Shown here piece by piece: positions 28,857 to 38,522 of a stretch of DNA of 64,000 bases. The stretch is from an uncultured Actinomycetota bacterium (lineage in GTDB: Bacteria; Actinomycetota; CALGFH01), in the NCBI GenBank assembly GCA_963733175.1, contig CAVTCL010000023.1, positions 1,130 to 65,129 on the forward strand. Reading direction: 5' to 3'. The notes below the pieces were generated by a model. That model ran no database searches and was not told where the DNA came from. It saw nothing but the letters and a program-made list of their open reading frames with translations. The translations under genes were made by a program, and so were the position numbers. Numbering within the stretch: the first letter of the stretch is position 1; each line of letters begins with the position of its first letter.

Positions 28857-29459
28857 ATGGCCGTGACCCGTGGCGACACCCGCGCCCGCATCCTCGACAC
28901 CGCCTGGGAGCTGGTCCGCGAGCGGGGGGTCGGCGCCGTCACCGTGGCCGACATCGCCGCCGCCACCGGCGTCTCCCGCCAGCTGCTCTACGTCCACTTC
29001 GAGAACCGGGCCGGGCTGCTGGTGGCCATGGCCCGCCGCCACGACGCCCGCAGCGGCTTCGCCGGCCGGGCCGCCGAGGCCAGGTCGCTGCCGCCGGTGG
29101 AGGCGCTGGAGCGGCTGCTGCGGCTGTGGTTCGCCTACCTCCCCGAGATCCTGCCCGTGGCCAGGGCGCTGGAGGCGGCCGCCATCAACGGCGACGAGGG
29201 CGGGGTCGCCTGGCGCGACCGCATGGGCGACCTCCGGGAGCTGTTCGCGGCCGCCGTCGAGCGGGTCGAGCGCGCCGGCCGCCTGGCCGGCGGCTGGTCG
29301 GTCGCGGCCGCCACCGACTGGGTCTGGGCCCGCGCCCAGCCCGCCACCTTCCAGCACCTGGTCGGCGACCGCGCCTGGCCTCCCGACGACTACGTCGACC
29401 GCGCCGTCCGCTCGGTCCTGTCCGAGGTCGTGGCCGAGGTCGCGGCGCCGCTCGTCTAG
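28857..29459 (+). CDS. TetR/AcrR family transcriptional regulator
   Basis: N-terminal HTH RILDTAWELVRERGVGAVTVADIAAATGVSRQLLYVHF. 200 aa, divergent from the ligase gene. Confidence 0.85.
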   Translation: MAVTRGDTRARILDTAWELVRERGVGAVTVADIAAATGVSRQLLYVHFENRAGLLVAMARRHDARSGFAGRAAEARSLPPVEALERLLRLWFAYLPEILPVARALEAAAINGDEGGVAWRDRMGDLRELFAAAVERVERAGRLAGGWSVAAATDWVWARAQPATFQHLVGDRAWPPDDYVDRAVRSVLSEVVAEVAAPLV

Positions 29460-29505
29460 GATCGTCCTCTCGCACCGGGACACCCCGACCACAAGGAGCG
29501 GTCCG

Positions 29506-30891
29506 ATCGACAGCCAGCGTTCCGACGCGATCGTGTTCTTCGGCGCCACCGGCGACCTCGCCTACAAGGAGGTCTTCCCGGCGCTCCAGGGACTGGTCCA
29601 GCGCAACCGCCTGGACGTGCCGATCATCGGGGTGGCCAGGTCGGGCTGGGACCTGGCGCGGCTGCGCGAGCGGGCCCACGACAGCCTCAAGCACCACGGC
29701 GAGCGCCCCGGCAAGGTCGACGAGGAGGCGTTCGCCAAGCTCTCGTCGCTGCTGCGCTACATCGACGGCGACTACGCCGACGCCCGCACCTTCCAGCGGC
29801 TCCGCAAGGCCCTGGGCGACGCCAAGCGGCCGCTGCACTACCTGGCCATCCCGCCGAGCATGTTCGCCACCGTGACCGAGGGGCTGGCCGCGGCCGGCGG
29901 CGTCGACGGGGCCCGGGTGGTCGTCGAGAAGCCGTTCGGCCGCGACCTGGTCTCGGCCCGCGAGCTCAACCAGATCCTCCACCGCCACCTGCCCGAGGAC
30001 CGCATCTTCCGCATGGACCACTTCCTGGGCAAGGAGCCGATCCAGAACATCCTCTACCTGCGCTTCGCCAACGCCATGCTGGAGCCGATCTGGAACGCCG
30101 GCCACATCCGCCAGATGCAGATCACCATGGCCGAGGACTTCGGGGTCAAGGGCCGGGGCGCCTTCTACGAGGAGGCTGGCGCGATCCGCGACGTCCTCCA
30201 GAACCACCTGCTCCAGGTGCTCGCCCTGCTGGCCATGGACGCGCCGGCGGTCCACACCCCCGACGCCACCCGCCAGGAGCGCACCCGGCTCATCCAGGCG
30301 ATCCGGCCGCTGGACCGCTCCAGCGTCGTCCGCGGCCAGTTCCGCGGCTACCGCGAGGAGCCGGGGGTGGCCGCCGACTCCGGCGTCGAGACCTACGTGG
30401 CCGCCCGCCTGGCCATCGACACCTGGCGCTGGGCCGGCGTGCCGTTCTACATCCGCGCCGGCAAGTACCTGCCGGTGACCGACACCGAGGTCCTGGTCGA
30501 GTTCCGGCGTCCGCCCCTGGAGCTGTTCGGGGAGCTGATCCCCGCCCGCTCCAACCACCTGCGCCTGCACCTGGGCCCCGACGTCCGCATCGAGCTCGGC
30601 ATGCGGGTCAAGGTCCCCGGCGACCAGCTCGTCGGCCAGGACGTCGAGCTGGTCGCCGCCGACCACCCGACCGGCGGCCGGCCCCCCTACGAGCGCCTCC
30701 TCGGCGACGCCATGGAGGGCGACACCGAGCTGTTCGCCCGCCAGGACACCGTCGAGGCCCAGTGGCGGGTCGTCGACCCGGTGGTCGGCGACGACGCCAC
30801 CCCCCTGTACGAGTACGACCAGGGCACCTGGGGCCCCGAGGAGGCCAACCAGCTCATCGCCGGCGACGGCTCCTGGGCGGTCCCGAGCTGA
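29506..30891 (+). CDS. zwf: glucose-6-phosphate dehydrogenase
   Basis: FFGATGDLAYK, RMDHFLGKE, EKPFG motifs. No ATG in frame. Candidate starts are ATC 29506 (7 nt after AAGGAG) or GTG 29533. Confidence 0.85.
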   Translation: MDSQRSDAIVFFGATGDLAYKEVFPALQGLVQRNRLDVPIIGVARSGWDLARLRERAHDSLKHHGERPGKVDEEAFAKLSSLLRYIDGDYADARTFQRLRKALGDAKRPLHYLAIPPSMFATVTEGLAAAGGVDGARVVVEKPFGRDLVSARELNQILHRHLPEDRIFRMDHFLGKEPIQNILYLRFANAMLEPIWNAGHIRQMQITMAEDFGVKGRGAFYEEAGAIRDVLQNHLLQVLALLAMDAPAVHTPDATRQERTRLIQAIRPLDRSSVVRGQFRGYREEPGVAADSGVETYVAARLAIDTWRWAGVPFYIRAGKYLPVTDTEVLVEFRRPPLELFGELIPARSNHLRLHLGPDVRIELGMRVKVPGDQLVGQDVELVAADHPTGGRPPYERLLGDAMEGDTELFARQDTVEAQWRVVDPVVGDDATPLYEYDQGTWGPEEANQLIAGDGSWAVPS

Positions 30892-30892
30892 G

Positions 30893-32098
30893 CTAGGGCG
30901 CCCGGGCCGCCGCCGGGCGGTGGAGGGCGACCAGGGAGATCGCGATCATGGCCGCCACCAGCAGGCCGGTGACCAGGATCGGCTCCGGGCCGAGGGTCGA
31001 GGCCAGGACCAGGACGGCGGTGGCGGGTACCAGGGTGGTGTGCCAGTGGCCCAGGTGGTGGGGTCGCACATGCAGCGCCCAGACGGCCAGGAGGAACACG
31101 GCGACCGGGATGGTGAAGGCGGCGGCGGCCGCCCGGGCGCCGATGGCCGCGTGGTCGGTCAGGTAGTCGACGTTGACGGCCAGCCCGGCCCCGACGGCCG
31201 CGGCCGAGGCGAACACCAGGTAGTGGCCGTAGCCCCAGACGATCCCGGCCCGCAGCGAGGTCAGGAACTCGTGCGCCTCCTTGGAGAAGTACAGCCACCA
31301 CATGCCGAACACGGTCAGCAGCCCGCCGGCCGCCGTGGTGGCCAGGTCGGCCAGGGCGGCGTCGTCCTCCAGGGCGGTCTGGATGGCCAGGGTGGAGGCG
31401 AGCACGCACTCGCCGAGGACGATCAGGGTGAACAGGCCGTAGCGTTCGGCGATGTGGCGAGGGTGCCAGGTGGTGTGGGCGGCCCGCTCGGCCCAGATGG
31501 GGATGGCCAGCTCGGCCGCGACCAGGACCAGGAAGCCGGCGTAGCCCGGGCCCTCGGGGAGGAACAGATTCAGCACCCAGCCGACCTGGAGGACGGCGAT
31601 GCCGGCGGCGTACCGCAGCGCGGTGCGCCGGTGGGGCGGGTCGCTGGCGGCCGCCCGCAGCCACTGGGTGACCATGGCCAGGCGCATGACCACATACCCG
31701 ACGGTGATGACGGCGAAGTCGCCGCCGTCCATGGCCTCGGGGACGCCGGCGGCCAGGATCAGGGCCCCGGCGATCTGGACCAGGGTGGTCAGCCGGTAGG
31801 GGACGTCGTCGGTGTCGTAGGCCGAGGCGAACCAGGTGAAGTTCATCCACGCCCACCAGATGGCGAAGAACACCGTGAGGTAGCCGACCACGCCGTCGCC
31901 GACGTGGTCGGAGGCCACCTCGTGGTGGAGCGCGGACGCGGCCGAGGCCACCGCGACCACGAAGCAGAGGTCGAAGAACAGCTCCAGCACGGTGGCGCTG
32001 CGGTGCTCCTCGTCGGTCGCCCGCGCCACCATCGACCGGTACCACGCACCGGCCGGCGACCCCGGGGGCCGCGCCCCGTCCACCTGGTCCGCCTTCAT
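30893..32098 (-). CDS. low temperature requirement protein A (LtrA) family membrane protein
   Basis: 401-aa polytopic ORF with the LELFFDLCFVVAV signature. Confidence 0.8.
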   Translation of the reverse strand: MKADQVDGARPPGSPAGAWYRSMVARATDEEHRSATVLELFFDLCFVVAVASAASALHHEVASDHVGDGVVGYLTVFFAIWWAWMNFTWFASAYDTDDVPYRLTTLVQIAGALILAAGVPEAMDGGDFAVITVGYVVMRLAMVTQWLRAAASDPPHRRTALRYAAGIAVLQVGWVLNLFLPEGPGYAGFLVLVAAELAIPIWAERAAHTTWHPRHIAERYGLFTLIVLGECVLASTLAIQTALEDDAALADLATTAAGGLLTVFGMWWLYFSKEAHEFLTSLRAGIVWGYGHYLVFASAAAVGAGLAVNVDYLTDHAAIGARAAAAAFTIPVAVFLLAVWALHVRPHHLGHWHTTLVPATAVLVLASTLGPEPILVTGLLVAAMIAISLVALHRPAAARAP

Positions 32099-32119
32099 GG
32101 GCCGATGATACGGCCCCGC

Positions 32120-32779
32120 TCAGGAGCTGAGGCTGGCGAACGCGATCACGTTGTCCCGGTAGCTCCCGGCGGCCCGGTCGAACTCGCCGCCGCAGGTGAC
32201 CAGGCGCAGCCGTGGGGTCAGGGTGGGGTAGTAGACGTCGTCGGTGGGGAAGCGCCGCTTGGGGTACCGCTCGACCCGGTCGACGGTGAAGCTGACCCGC
32301 GAGCCCCCGGCCCGGACGACCTCCACCCGGTCGCCGGGGCGCAGCTCGCGCAGCCGGTAGAACACCGCCGGCCCCGACCTGGAGTCGACGTGGCCGAGGA
32401 TGACCGCCGACCCGGGGTCGCCGGGCCGGGTGCCGCCGGGGCCGTCGTACCAGCCGGCCGTGTCCCACATGCGCGGCCCCCGCGGCACCTCGACGGTGCC
32501 GTCCCTGGCCTGGCCGAGCCGCTGCAGCCCGGTGGACACCCCGATCCTGGGGATCTCCAGCCGCGCCGGCGCCGGGGTGCTCCGGTAGTCGCGGACCGAG
32601 CGGAAGTCGCGGGCGGCGTCCAGCCCGGCCGCCGGCCCGTCCTTGCCCTGGGTGGACACGGTGCTGGCGACCCCGGCGTCCCGGGCCCGCGGCCCTTCGC
32701 AGCCGGCCAGCAGCACGAGCAGCCCGAGCAGGGCCACGGCCATCGCGGTGGCCGCCGGCCGGGACCTGCTCGGGGTCAT
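32120..32779 (-). CDS. class F sortase
   Basis: LEIPRIGVSTGL, GSAVILGHVDS, LRLVTCGGEF (TxTC catalytic Cys) and a following Arg. The N-terminus carries a lipobox-like LLAGC. Confidence 0.75.
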   Translation of the reverse strand: MTPSRSRPAATAMAVALLGLLVLLAGCEGPRARDAGVASTVSTQGKDGPAAGLDAARDFRSVRDYRSTPAPARLEIPRIGVSTGLQRLGQARDGTVEVPRGPRMWDTAGWYDGPGGTRPGDPGSAVILGHVDSRSGPAVFYRLRELRPGDRVEVVRAGGSRVSFTVDRVERYPKRRFPTDDVYYPTLTPRLRLVTCGGEFDRAAGSYRDNVIAFASLSS

Positions 32780-32780
32780 C

Positions 32781-34067
32781 TCACGGGTGGACGTGGGCGG
32801 CCCCGCCGCCGCCGGTCTTGGAGCCGCCGGCCGGCATGTCGGCCGCCATCACCTTCTCGATGGCGTCGACCAGGACGTTGGCCACCCCGACCATCTGCTG
32901 GTAGCCCTCGTCCTGGACCTGCTGGGCCTTGGCGTAGTCCTTGGCCGCGTACGCGTCGACCTGGGTGATCAGGTGCTCGTCGTGGGCGGTGATGGCGTCG
33001 GTGAGCGGGTCGGTGGCCAGCGGGTTGCGGGTGATGTCGCTGAAGTAGAGGGCCAGCCGCTCGGCGAACCCGTCCAGGTTCTCCCTGGCCACCGTCTTGG
33101 CGGCCTCGTCCTTGCCCGCGGCCGCCGTCGTGTAGGCCAGCAGCCCCTCCACGTGGTTGGCCCAGGCGGTCTGGAACTCGGCCGCCTTCTCCGGGCCGAC
33201 GATCCCGCCCATCGCCGTGGCCAGGGTGGCGGTGTTGGCGTTGACCTGGGCGCCCGCGGCCTCGAACTCCGGCGACCCGGCGAAGGTGGCCCGCTGGGCG
33301 TCCACGATCAGCTCCATGTGCTCGCCCAGCAGCATGGAGAAGGCCGACCGGAGGTTCTCCGGGGCCTTGTCCAGGTCGGCCGCCTCCTTGGTGGTGAGGC
33401 TGGCCGAGGCCAGCGTGGTCCCGGCGCCGTAGGTGCCCTGGTAGGCCTGGCGCTCCAGCTTGTAGGCCTTGGCGTAGTCCCGGCCGGCGTAGGCGTCGAC
33501 CTGCTCCATGAGCCGCTCGACCCGCGCCTGGGCGGTCCGGGTCGCCTGCGCGGCCGCCACCCGGCCGCCGCTCGCCTCCTCCAGCCAGGCGCCCCAGTCG
33601 TCGCAGTGGTCGAGCAGGGCGGCCCTGGCCTCCTGGACGCCGGCGCTGTTGCCGGTGGCGGCGCTCTCGGCGTAGGCGGTGAGCTGGTCGGTGTAGCCCT
33701 GCCAGAGCTGCTCGAAGCGGTCGGCCCTGGTGTCGTCGTAGGCCACCGCCACCGACTGCCGCAGGGCGGCGGCGTTGGTCGCCAGCGAGGTCTCGACCAC
33801 CTTCTGGAGGTCGGTGTCCATGGCCACCTCGCTGCGGCCGAGCCGCACCGCCAGCAGGGCGTGCTGGCCGAGCAGCTGCTCGAAGCGGGCCCGGACCTCG
33901 CGCGGGGACGCGTCGGTGGCCAGGAGGTTCGGTGTGATGGTGTGGTGGGCGGTCGTGGCCGTGGCCGCCGCCGACGGGCGGGCGCCACCCTCCCCACCCG
34001 GGGTGCAGCCGACCGCGGCCACCACGATCATGGTGGCCAGCGCCATCAGTCCCGCTCGAACGCGCAC
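32781..34067 (-). CDS. lipoprotein with internally duplicated helical modules, function unknown
   Basis: GTG 34067 after GGGAGGGG. Signal/lipobox VVAAVGC. Two similar halves (e.g. VDAYAGRDYAKAYKLERQAYQ vs VDAYAAKDYAKAQQVQDEGYQ). Its stop abuts the sortase start. Confidence 0.65.
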   Translation of the reverse strand: MRVRAGLMALATMIVVAAVGCTPGGEGGARPSAAATATTAHHTITPNLLATDASPREVRARFEQLLGQHALLAVRLGRSEVAMDTDLQKVVETSLATNAAALRQSVAVAYDDTRADRFEQLWQGYTDQLTAYAESAATGNSAGVQEARAALLDHCDDWGAWLEEASGGRVAAAQATRTAQARVERLMEQVDAYAGRDYAKAYKLERQAYQGTYGAGTTLASASLTTKEAADLDKAPENLRSAFSMLLGEHMELIVDAQRATFAGSPEFEAAGAQVNANTATLATAMGGIVGPEKAAEFQTAWANHVEGLLAYTTAAAGKDEAAKTVARENLDGFAERLALYFSDITRNPLATDPLTDAITAHDEHLITQVDAYAAKDYAKAQQVQDEGYQQMVGVANVLVDAIEKVMAADMPAGGSKTGGGGAAHVHP

Positions 34068-34203
34068 GATGCCCCTCCCAGAAATCTGCATGTTCAGGCT
34101 GCAGGCCAGTATGGGAAGGTCGGCGAGTTCCGTCATCGTGTGTTCTGCGGAGAATGACGTACGTTCCGGTACTGATACGTTCCGGGACCGAGAGGAGTGG
34201 TTC

Positions 34204-35067
34204 ATGGCCAGGATCGCCGTCACCGGGGGGAGCGGGAAGGCCGGGCGGGCCGTCGTCCGGGACCTGCTGGAGCACGGCCACCAGGTGCTGAACGTCGACC
34301 AGGTCCCGTCGGCCGAGTCGGCCACGCCCGACTCGCCGGCGCCGTTCCTGCGCGCCGACCTCACCGACTTCGGCCAGACCCTCGAGGCCATCTCCGGGGC
34401 CGAGGTCCTCCCCGGGATCGAGGCGGTCGTCCACCTGGCCGCCATCCCCTCGCCGGTCCACGCCACCCCCGACACCGTGTTCCGGGCCAACGTCACCAGC
34501 ACCCACACCGTGTTCGCGGCCGCGGCCCACCTGCGCCTGGAGCGGGTGGTCTGGGCGTCCAGCGAGACCACCCTCGGACTGCCGTTCGACCGCCCGCCCG
34601 ACTACGCCCCGGTGGACGAGCAGCACGAGCTGCGTCCGGAGACCTCCTATGCCCTGTCCAAGGTCCTCGGCGAGGAGATGGCCCGCCAGTTCCACCGCTG
34701 GACCGGGATCCCGTTCCTGGGCCTGCGCTTCTCCAACATCATGGAGCGGGCCGACTACCAGCGGTTCCCGTCCTTCTGGGACGACCCGAAGCTGCGCAAG
34801 TGGAACCTGTGGGGCTATGTCGACGAGTCGCATGTGGCCCAGGCCGTGCGCCGGGCGCTGGAGGCCGAGGTCGCCGGGGCCGAGGCGTTCATCATCGCCG
34901 CCGCCGACACCGTCATGCGCCGCCCCAGCCGCGACCTGATGGCCGAGGTCTTCCCCGGGGTACCCGTCAAGGACGACCTGGCCGAGCACGGCACCCTGCT
35001 CGGCATCGGCAAGGCCCGCCGGCTACTCGGCTACGACCCCGAGTTCACCTGGAGATCGCTGTTCTGA
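34204..35067 (+). CDS. NAD-dependent epimerase/dehydratase family protein
   Basis: IAVTGGSGKAGRAVV Rossmann motif, YALSK catalytic pair. The stop overlaps the next start (TGATG). Confidence 0.8.
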   Translation: MARIAVTGGSGKAGRAVVRDLLEHGHQVLNVDQVPSAESATPDSPAPFLRADLTDFGQTLEAISGAEVLPGIEAVVHLAAIPSPVHATPDTVFRANVTSTHTVFAAAAHLRLERVVWASSETTLGLPFDRPPDYAPVDEQHELRPETSYALSKVLGEEMARQFHRWTGIPFLGLRFSNIMERADYQRFPSFWDDPKLRKWNLWGYVDESHVAQAVRRALEAEVAGAEAFIIAAADTVMRRPSRDLMAEVFPGVPVKDDLAEHGTLLGIGKARRLLGYDPEFTWRSLF

Positions 35068-37037
35068 TGGACCACCACGGGGACCACGCGGCGCAGTTCC
35101 GGGACCGGTTCTGGCTGAGCCTGGCCCTGACCGTCCCGGTGGTCGCCTACTCCGAGATGGTGCAGGAGTGGCTGGGGTTCACCCCGCCGCAGTTCCCGGG
35201 GTCGCGGTGGGTGGCGCCGGTGCTGGGCACGGTGGTGTTCCTGTACGGCGGCTGGCCGTTCCTCCAGGGCGGCCTGTCCGAGGCGCGGTCGAGGCAGCCG
35301 GGCATGATGCTGCTGATCTCGCTGGCCATCCTGGTCGGGTTCGGGGCCAGCGCCGCCTCCGCCCTTGGCCTGTTCGACCTGGAGTTCTGGTGGGAGCTGT
35401 CCCTGCTCATCGTGATCATGCTGCTCGGCCACTGGCTGGAGATGCGCGCCCTCGGCCAGGCCTCCGGGGCCCTTGACGCGCTGGCCGCCCTCCTGCCCGA
35501 CCAGGCCGAGCGGGTCGTCGGCGACCGGGTCGAGACGGTGGCCGTCGGCGACCTGGCCGTTGGCGACCTGGTGCTGGTCCGCCCGGGCGGCCGGGTGCCG
35601 GCCGACGGCGTGATCACCGAGGGGTCCGCCGAGCTGGACGAGTCGATGCTCACCGGCGAGTCCCGCCCGGTGGCCAGGGAGCCCGGCGACCGGGTGGTGG
35701 CGGGCACCGTGGCCACCGACTCGGCGGTCCGGGTCCAGGTGGAGGCGGTGGGGGAGGAGACCACGCTGGCCGGGATCCGCCGGCTGGTCGAGCAGGCCCA
35801 GGCGTCCGGGTCGCGGGCCCAGGCCCTGGCCGACCGGGCGGCCGCGCTGCTGTTCTGGTTCGCCCTGGGGGCCGGGCTCGTCACCCTGGTCGTCTGGCTG
35901 GCCCTCGGCGAGCCCGACCAGGCGGTGGAGCGGACCGTGACGGTGCTGGTGATCGCCTGCCCCCACGCCCTGGGGCTGGCCATCCCCCTGGTCATCGCCA
36001 TCTCGACCGCGCTCGCGGCCCGCAACGGCATCCTGGTCAAGGACCGGCTGGCCCTGGAGCGGATGCGCACCGTCGACGCGGTCCTGTTCGACAAGACCGG
36101 CACCCTCACCCTCGGCCGCCCCCAGGTCACCGGGGTGGCGACGACCGAGGCCGACCCCGACGCGCTGCTGCGCCTGGCGGGCGCCGTCGAGTCGGTCAGC
36201 GAGCACCCGCTGGCCCGCGCGATCGTGGCCGCCGCCCAGTCCCGGGGTGACCTGCCACGGGCGTCCGGGTTCCGCGCCATGACCGGCCGGGGCGTCCATG
36301 CCGAGGTCGACGGCGCCACCGTGGCCGTCGGCGGCCCGGCCCTGCTGCGCCAGCTGGAGCTGGCGGAGCCCGAGGCCCTGTCCGGCGAGCTCGACGGCTG
36401 GCGGGCCCGGGGCGCGACCGTGCTGTACGTGGTCCGCGACGACAAGGTGGTCGGGGCCCTGTCGCTGGAGGACGCGGTCCGCCCCGAGTCGCGCCAGGCC
36501 GTCGACGAGCTGCACCGCCTGGGCAGGCGGGTGGTGATGCTCACCGGCGACGCCCGCCAGGTGGCCGAGGCCGTCGCCGCCGCCCTCGGGGTCGACGAGG
36601 TGCTGGCCGAGGTCCTTCCCGAGGACAAGGACAGCGCCGTGGCCGGCCTCCAGCGCCGCGGCCTGGTGGTGGCCATGGTCGGCGACGGCGTCAACGACGC
36701 CCCCGCCCTGGCCCGGGCCGACGTCGGCATCGCCATCGGCGCCGGCACCGACCTGGCCATCGAGTCGGCCGGGATCGTGCTGGCCGCCAACGACCCCCGC
36801 GGCGTCCTCGGGGTGATCCGGCTGTCACAGGCCGCCTACCGCAAGATGCTGCAGAACCTCGGCTGGGCGACCGGCTACAACCTGGTCGCCGTGCCCGTCG
36901 CCGGCGGCGCCCTGGCCTGGGCCGGCGTCACCTTGGCCCCGGCCGTCGGCGCCATCCTGATGAGCGTTTCCACCATCGTCGTCGCCCTCAACGCCCAGCT
37001 CCTGCGCCGCGTCGACCTCCGGCCCGGCCAGGCCTGA
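35067..37037 (+). CDS. heavy-metal-translocating P1B-type ATPase, CPH (CopB-like) subtype, no HMA domain
   Basis: TGES, ACPHALGL, DKTGTLT, GDGVNDAP. Short His-rich N-terminus MDHHGDH. No CxxC metal-binding domain. Confidence 0.9.
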   Translation: MDHHGDHAAQFRDRFWLSLALTVPVVAYSEMVQEWLGFTPPQFPGSRWVAPVLGTVVFLYGGWPFLQGGLSEARSRQPGMMLLISLAILVGFGASAASALGLFDLEFWWELSLLIVIMLLGHWLEMRALGQASGALDALAALLPDQAERVVGDRVETVAVGDLAVGDLVLVRPGGRVPADGVITEGSAELDESMLTGESRPVAREPGDRVVAGTVATDSAVRVQVEAVGEETTLAGIRRLVEQAQASGSRAQALADRAAALLFWFALGAGLVTLVVWLALGEPDQAVERTVTVLVIACPHALGLAIPLVIAISTALAARNGILVKDRLALERMRTVDAVLFDKTGTLTLGRPQVTGVATTEADPDALLRLAGAVESVSEHPLARAIVAAAQSRGDLPRASGFRAMTGRGVHAEVDGATVAVGGPALLRQLELAEPEALSGELDGWRARGATVLYVVRDDKVVGALSLEDAVRPESRQAVDELHRLGRRVVMLTGDARQVAEAVAAALGVDEVLAEVLPEDKDSAVAGLQRRGLVVAMVGDGVNDAPALARADVGIAIGAGTDLAIESAGIVLAANDPRGVLGVIRLSQAAYRKMLQNLGWATGYNLVAVPVAGGALAWAGVTLAPAVGAILMSVSTIVVALNAQLLRRVDLRPGQA

Positions 37038-37058
37038 CCCCCGATAGCATCCCTGCCC

Positions 37059-38441
37059 ATGAACGACGCCGACTGGCGCAGCCGGGTCTGCTGGGTGGTG
37101 GTGCACCCCGACCGCCCGGAGGTCCTGGCGCTGGAGCAGGAGGGCGGGCTGGCCCTGCCCGAGGCCGAGCTCCCGGGCAAGGTGTGGACCGCCGACGCCG
37201 ACGCCATCCTCCCGGCCCTGCGCGAGCTCGCCGGCTTCGACGTGGTCCTGCTCTGCTGCGTGGACGAGCACGAGGACGAGGCCGCCCGGCTGCTGCGGGC
37301 CACGCTCATGGCCGCGCCCCGTGCGGCGGCACCGCCCGGTCCGGGTGCCAGGTGGGTCGGGCGCGAGGACCTCGCCGGCGCGGCCTTCCAGCACCACCGG
37401 CAGGCCATGGTGGCCGGGGTCCTCGACGAGCTGGCCGGAGGGCGGGCCGGCCCCGTCAGGGCACCCTGGGCGGCCCGCGGGTGGTTCCAGGCCGCCGAGG
37501 GCTGGCTGCGCGGCTCCCTGGACACCCTCGGCAACGGCGCGACCGGGCCGGTGCGGCAGCTCCAGGTGTGGGAGCTGTCGTGCATCCTGCGGGCGCCGAC
37601 CACCTCCGGCGACGTCTGGTTCAAGGCCTCCCGCGACCTCCCGCTGTTCGCCAACGAGGCGGTCCTGATCCGCGAGCTGGCCGGGCTGTTCCCCGGCCAG
37701 GTGCCCGCCCCCCTGGCCGTCGACGCCGAGCGCCGTTGGATGGCCCTGGCCGACTTCGGGCCCGAGGTGGGCTGGGACGCCCCCGCCGCGGACCGCGAGG
37801 ACGTGCTGGCCACCTTCGCCAGGCTCCAGATCCAGGCGGCCTCCCAGGTCGACCGGTTGCTCGCGGCGGGATGCCTGGACCGCCGGCTGCCCTGGCTGGC
37901 CGCCCAGGCCGAGCGCTGGTTGCCGGCGGTCGGCGAGACGGGCCGGCTCCCCGGGATCGACGCCGCGACCTGGCTGTCGGCCGGCGAGGTGGCCGAGCTG
38001 GCCGCCGCCGGGCCCCGGCTGGCGGCGATGTGCGGCGAGCTCGCGGCCGCCGCCGTCCCGGCCACCCTGTTGCACGGCGACCTGCACCTGGCGAACGTGG
38101 CCAAGGGCCCCGACGGGTACCTGTTCTTCGACTGGACCGACGCCTGTGTCGCCCACCCGTTCCTCGACATGATCACGATCTTCCACGAGGAGGACGACGC
38201 CCTGCGCGAGCGGCTGCGCGACGCCTACCTCGCCGAGTGGACCCGCTTCGCGCCGCCCGACCGGCTGCGGCGTGCCTGGGAGCTGGCCGAGCCCCTCGGC
38301 GCGCTGCACCACGCGCTCAGCTACCGCTCGATCGTCGCCAACCTCGACCCACCGATCGACCTGCACATGATGCGGTCCACCGCCTTCTGGCTCCGCAAGG
38401 TGATCGCCGGGCTGCGGCAGGCCGCCGCCGGGCCCGGCTGA
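37059..38441 (+). CDS. phosphotransferase (APH/choline-kinase-like) family protein with extra N-terminal domain
   Basis: Kinase-fold motifs LLHGDLHLANV and FFDWTD in the C-terminal half. The N-terminal ~130 aa are unassigned. Confidence 0.7.
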   Translation: MNDADWRSRVCWVVVHPDRPEVLALEQEGGLALPEAELPGKVWTADADAILPALRELAGFDVVLLCCVDEHEDEAARLLRATLMAAPRAAAPPGPGARWVGREDLAGAAFQHHRQAMVAGVLDELAGGRAGPVRAPWAARGWFQAAEGWLRGSLDTLGNGATGPVRQLQVWELSCILRAPTTSGDVWFKASRDLPLFANEAVLIRELAGLFPGQVPAPLAVDAERRWMALADFGPEVGWDAPAADREDVLATFARLQIQAASQVDRLLAAGCLDRRLPWLAAQAERWLPAVGETGRLPGIDAATWLSAGEVAELAAAGPRLAAMCGELAAAAVPATLLHGDLHLANVAKGPDGYLFFDWTDACVAHPFLDMITIFHEEDDALRERLRDAYLAEWTRFAPPDRLRRAWELAEPLGALHHALSYRSIVANLDPPIDLHMMRSTAFWLRKVIAGLRQAAAGPG

Positions 38442-38522
38442 CGCGGGCGTGGCACCCGGCCTAGGATCTTCATCAGGGCCGTTCCGGCGGGGTCCCGGCC
38501 TCCAGCAAAGGAGAGGATCACC

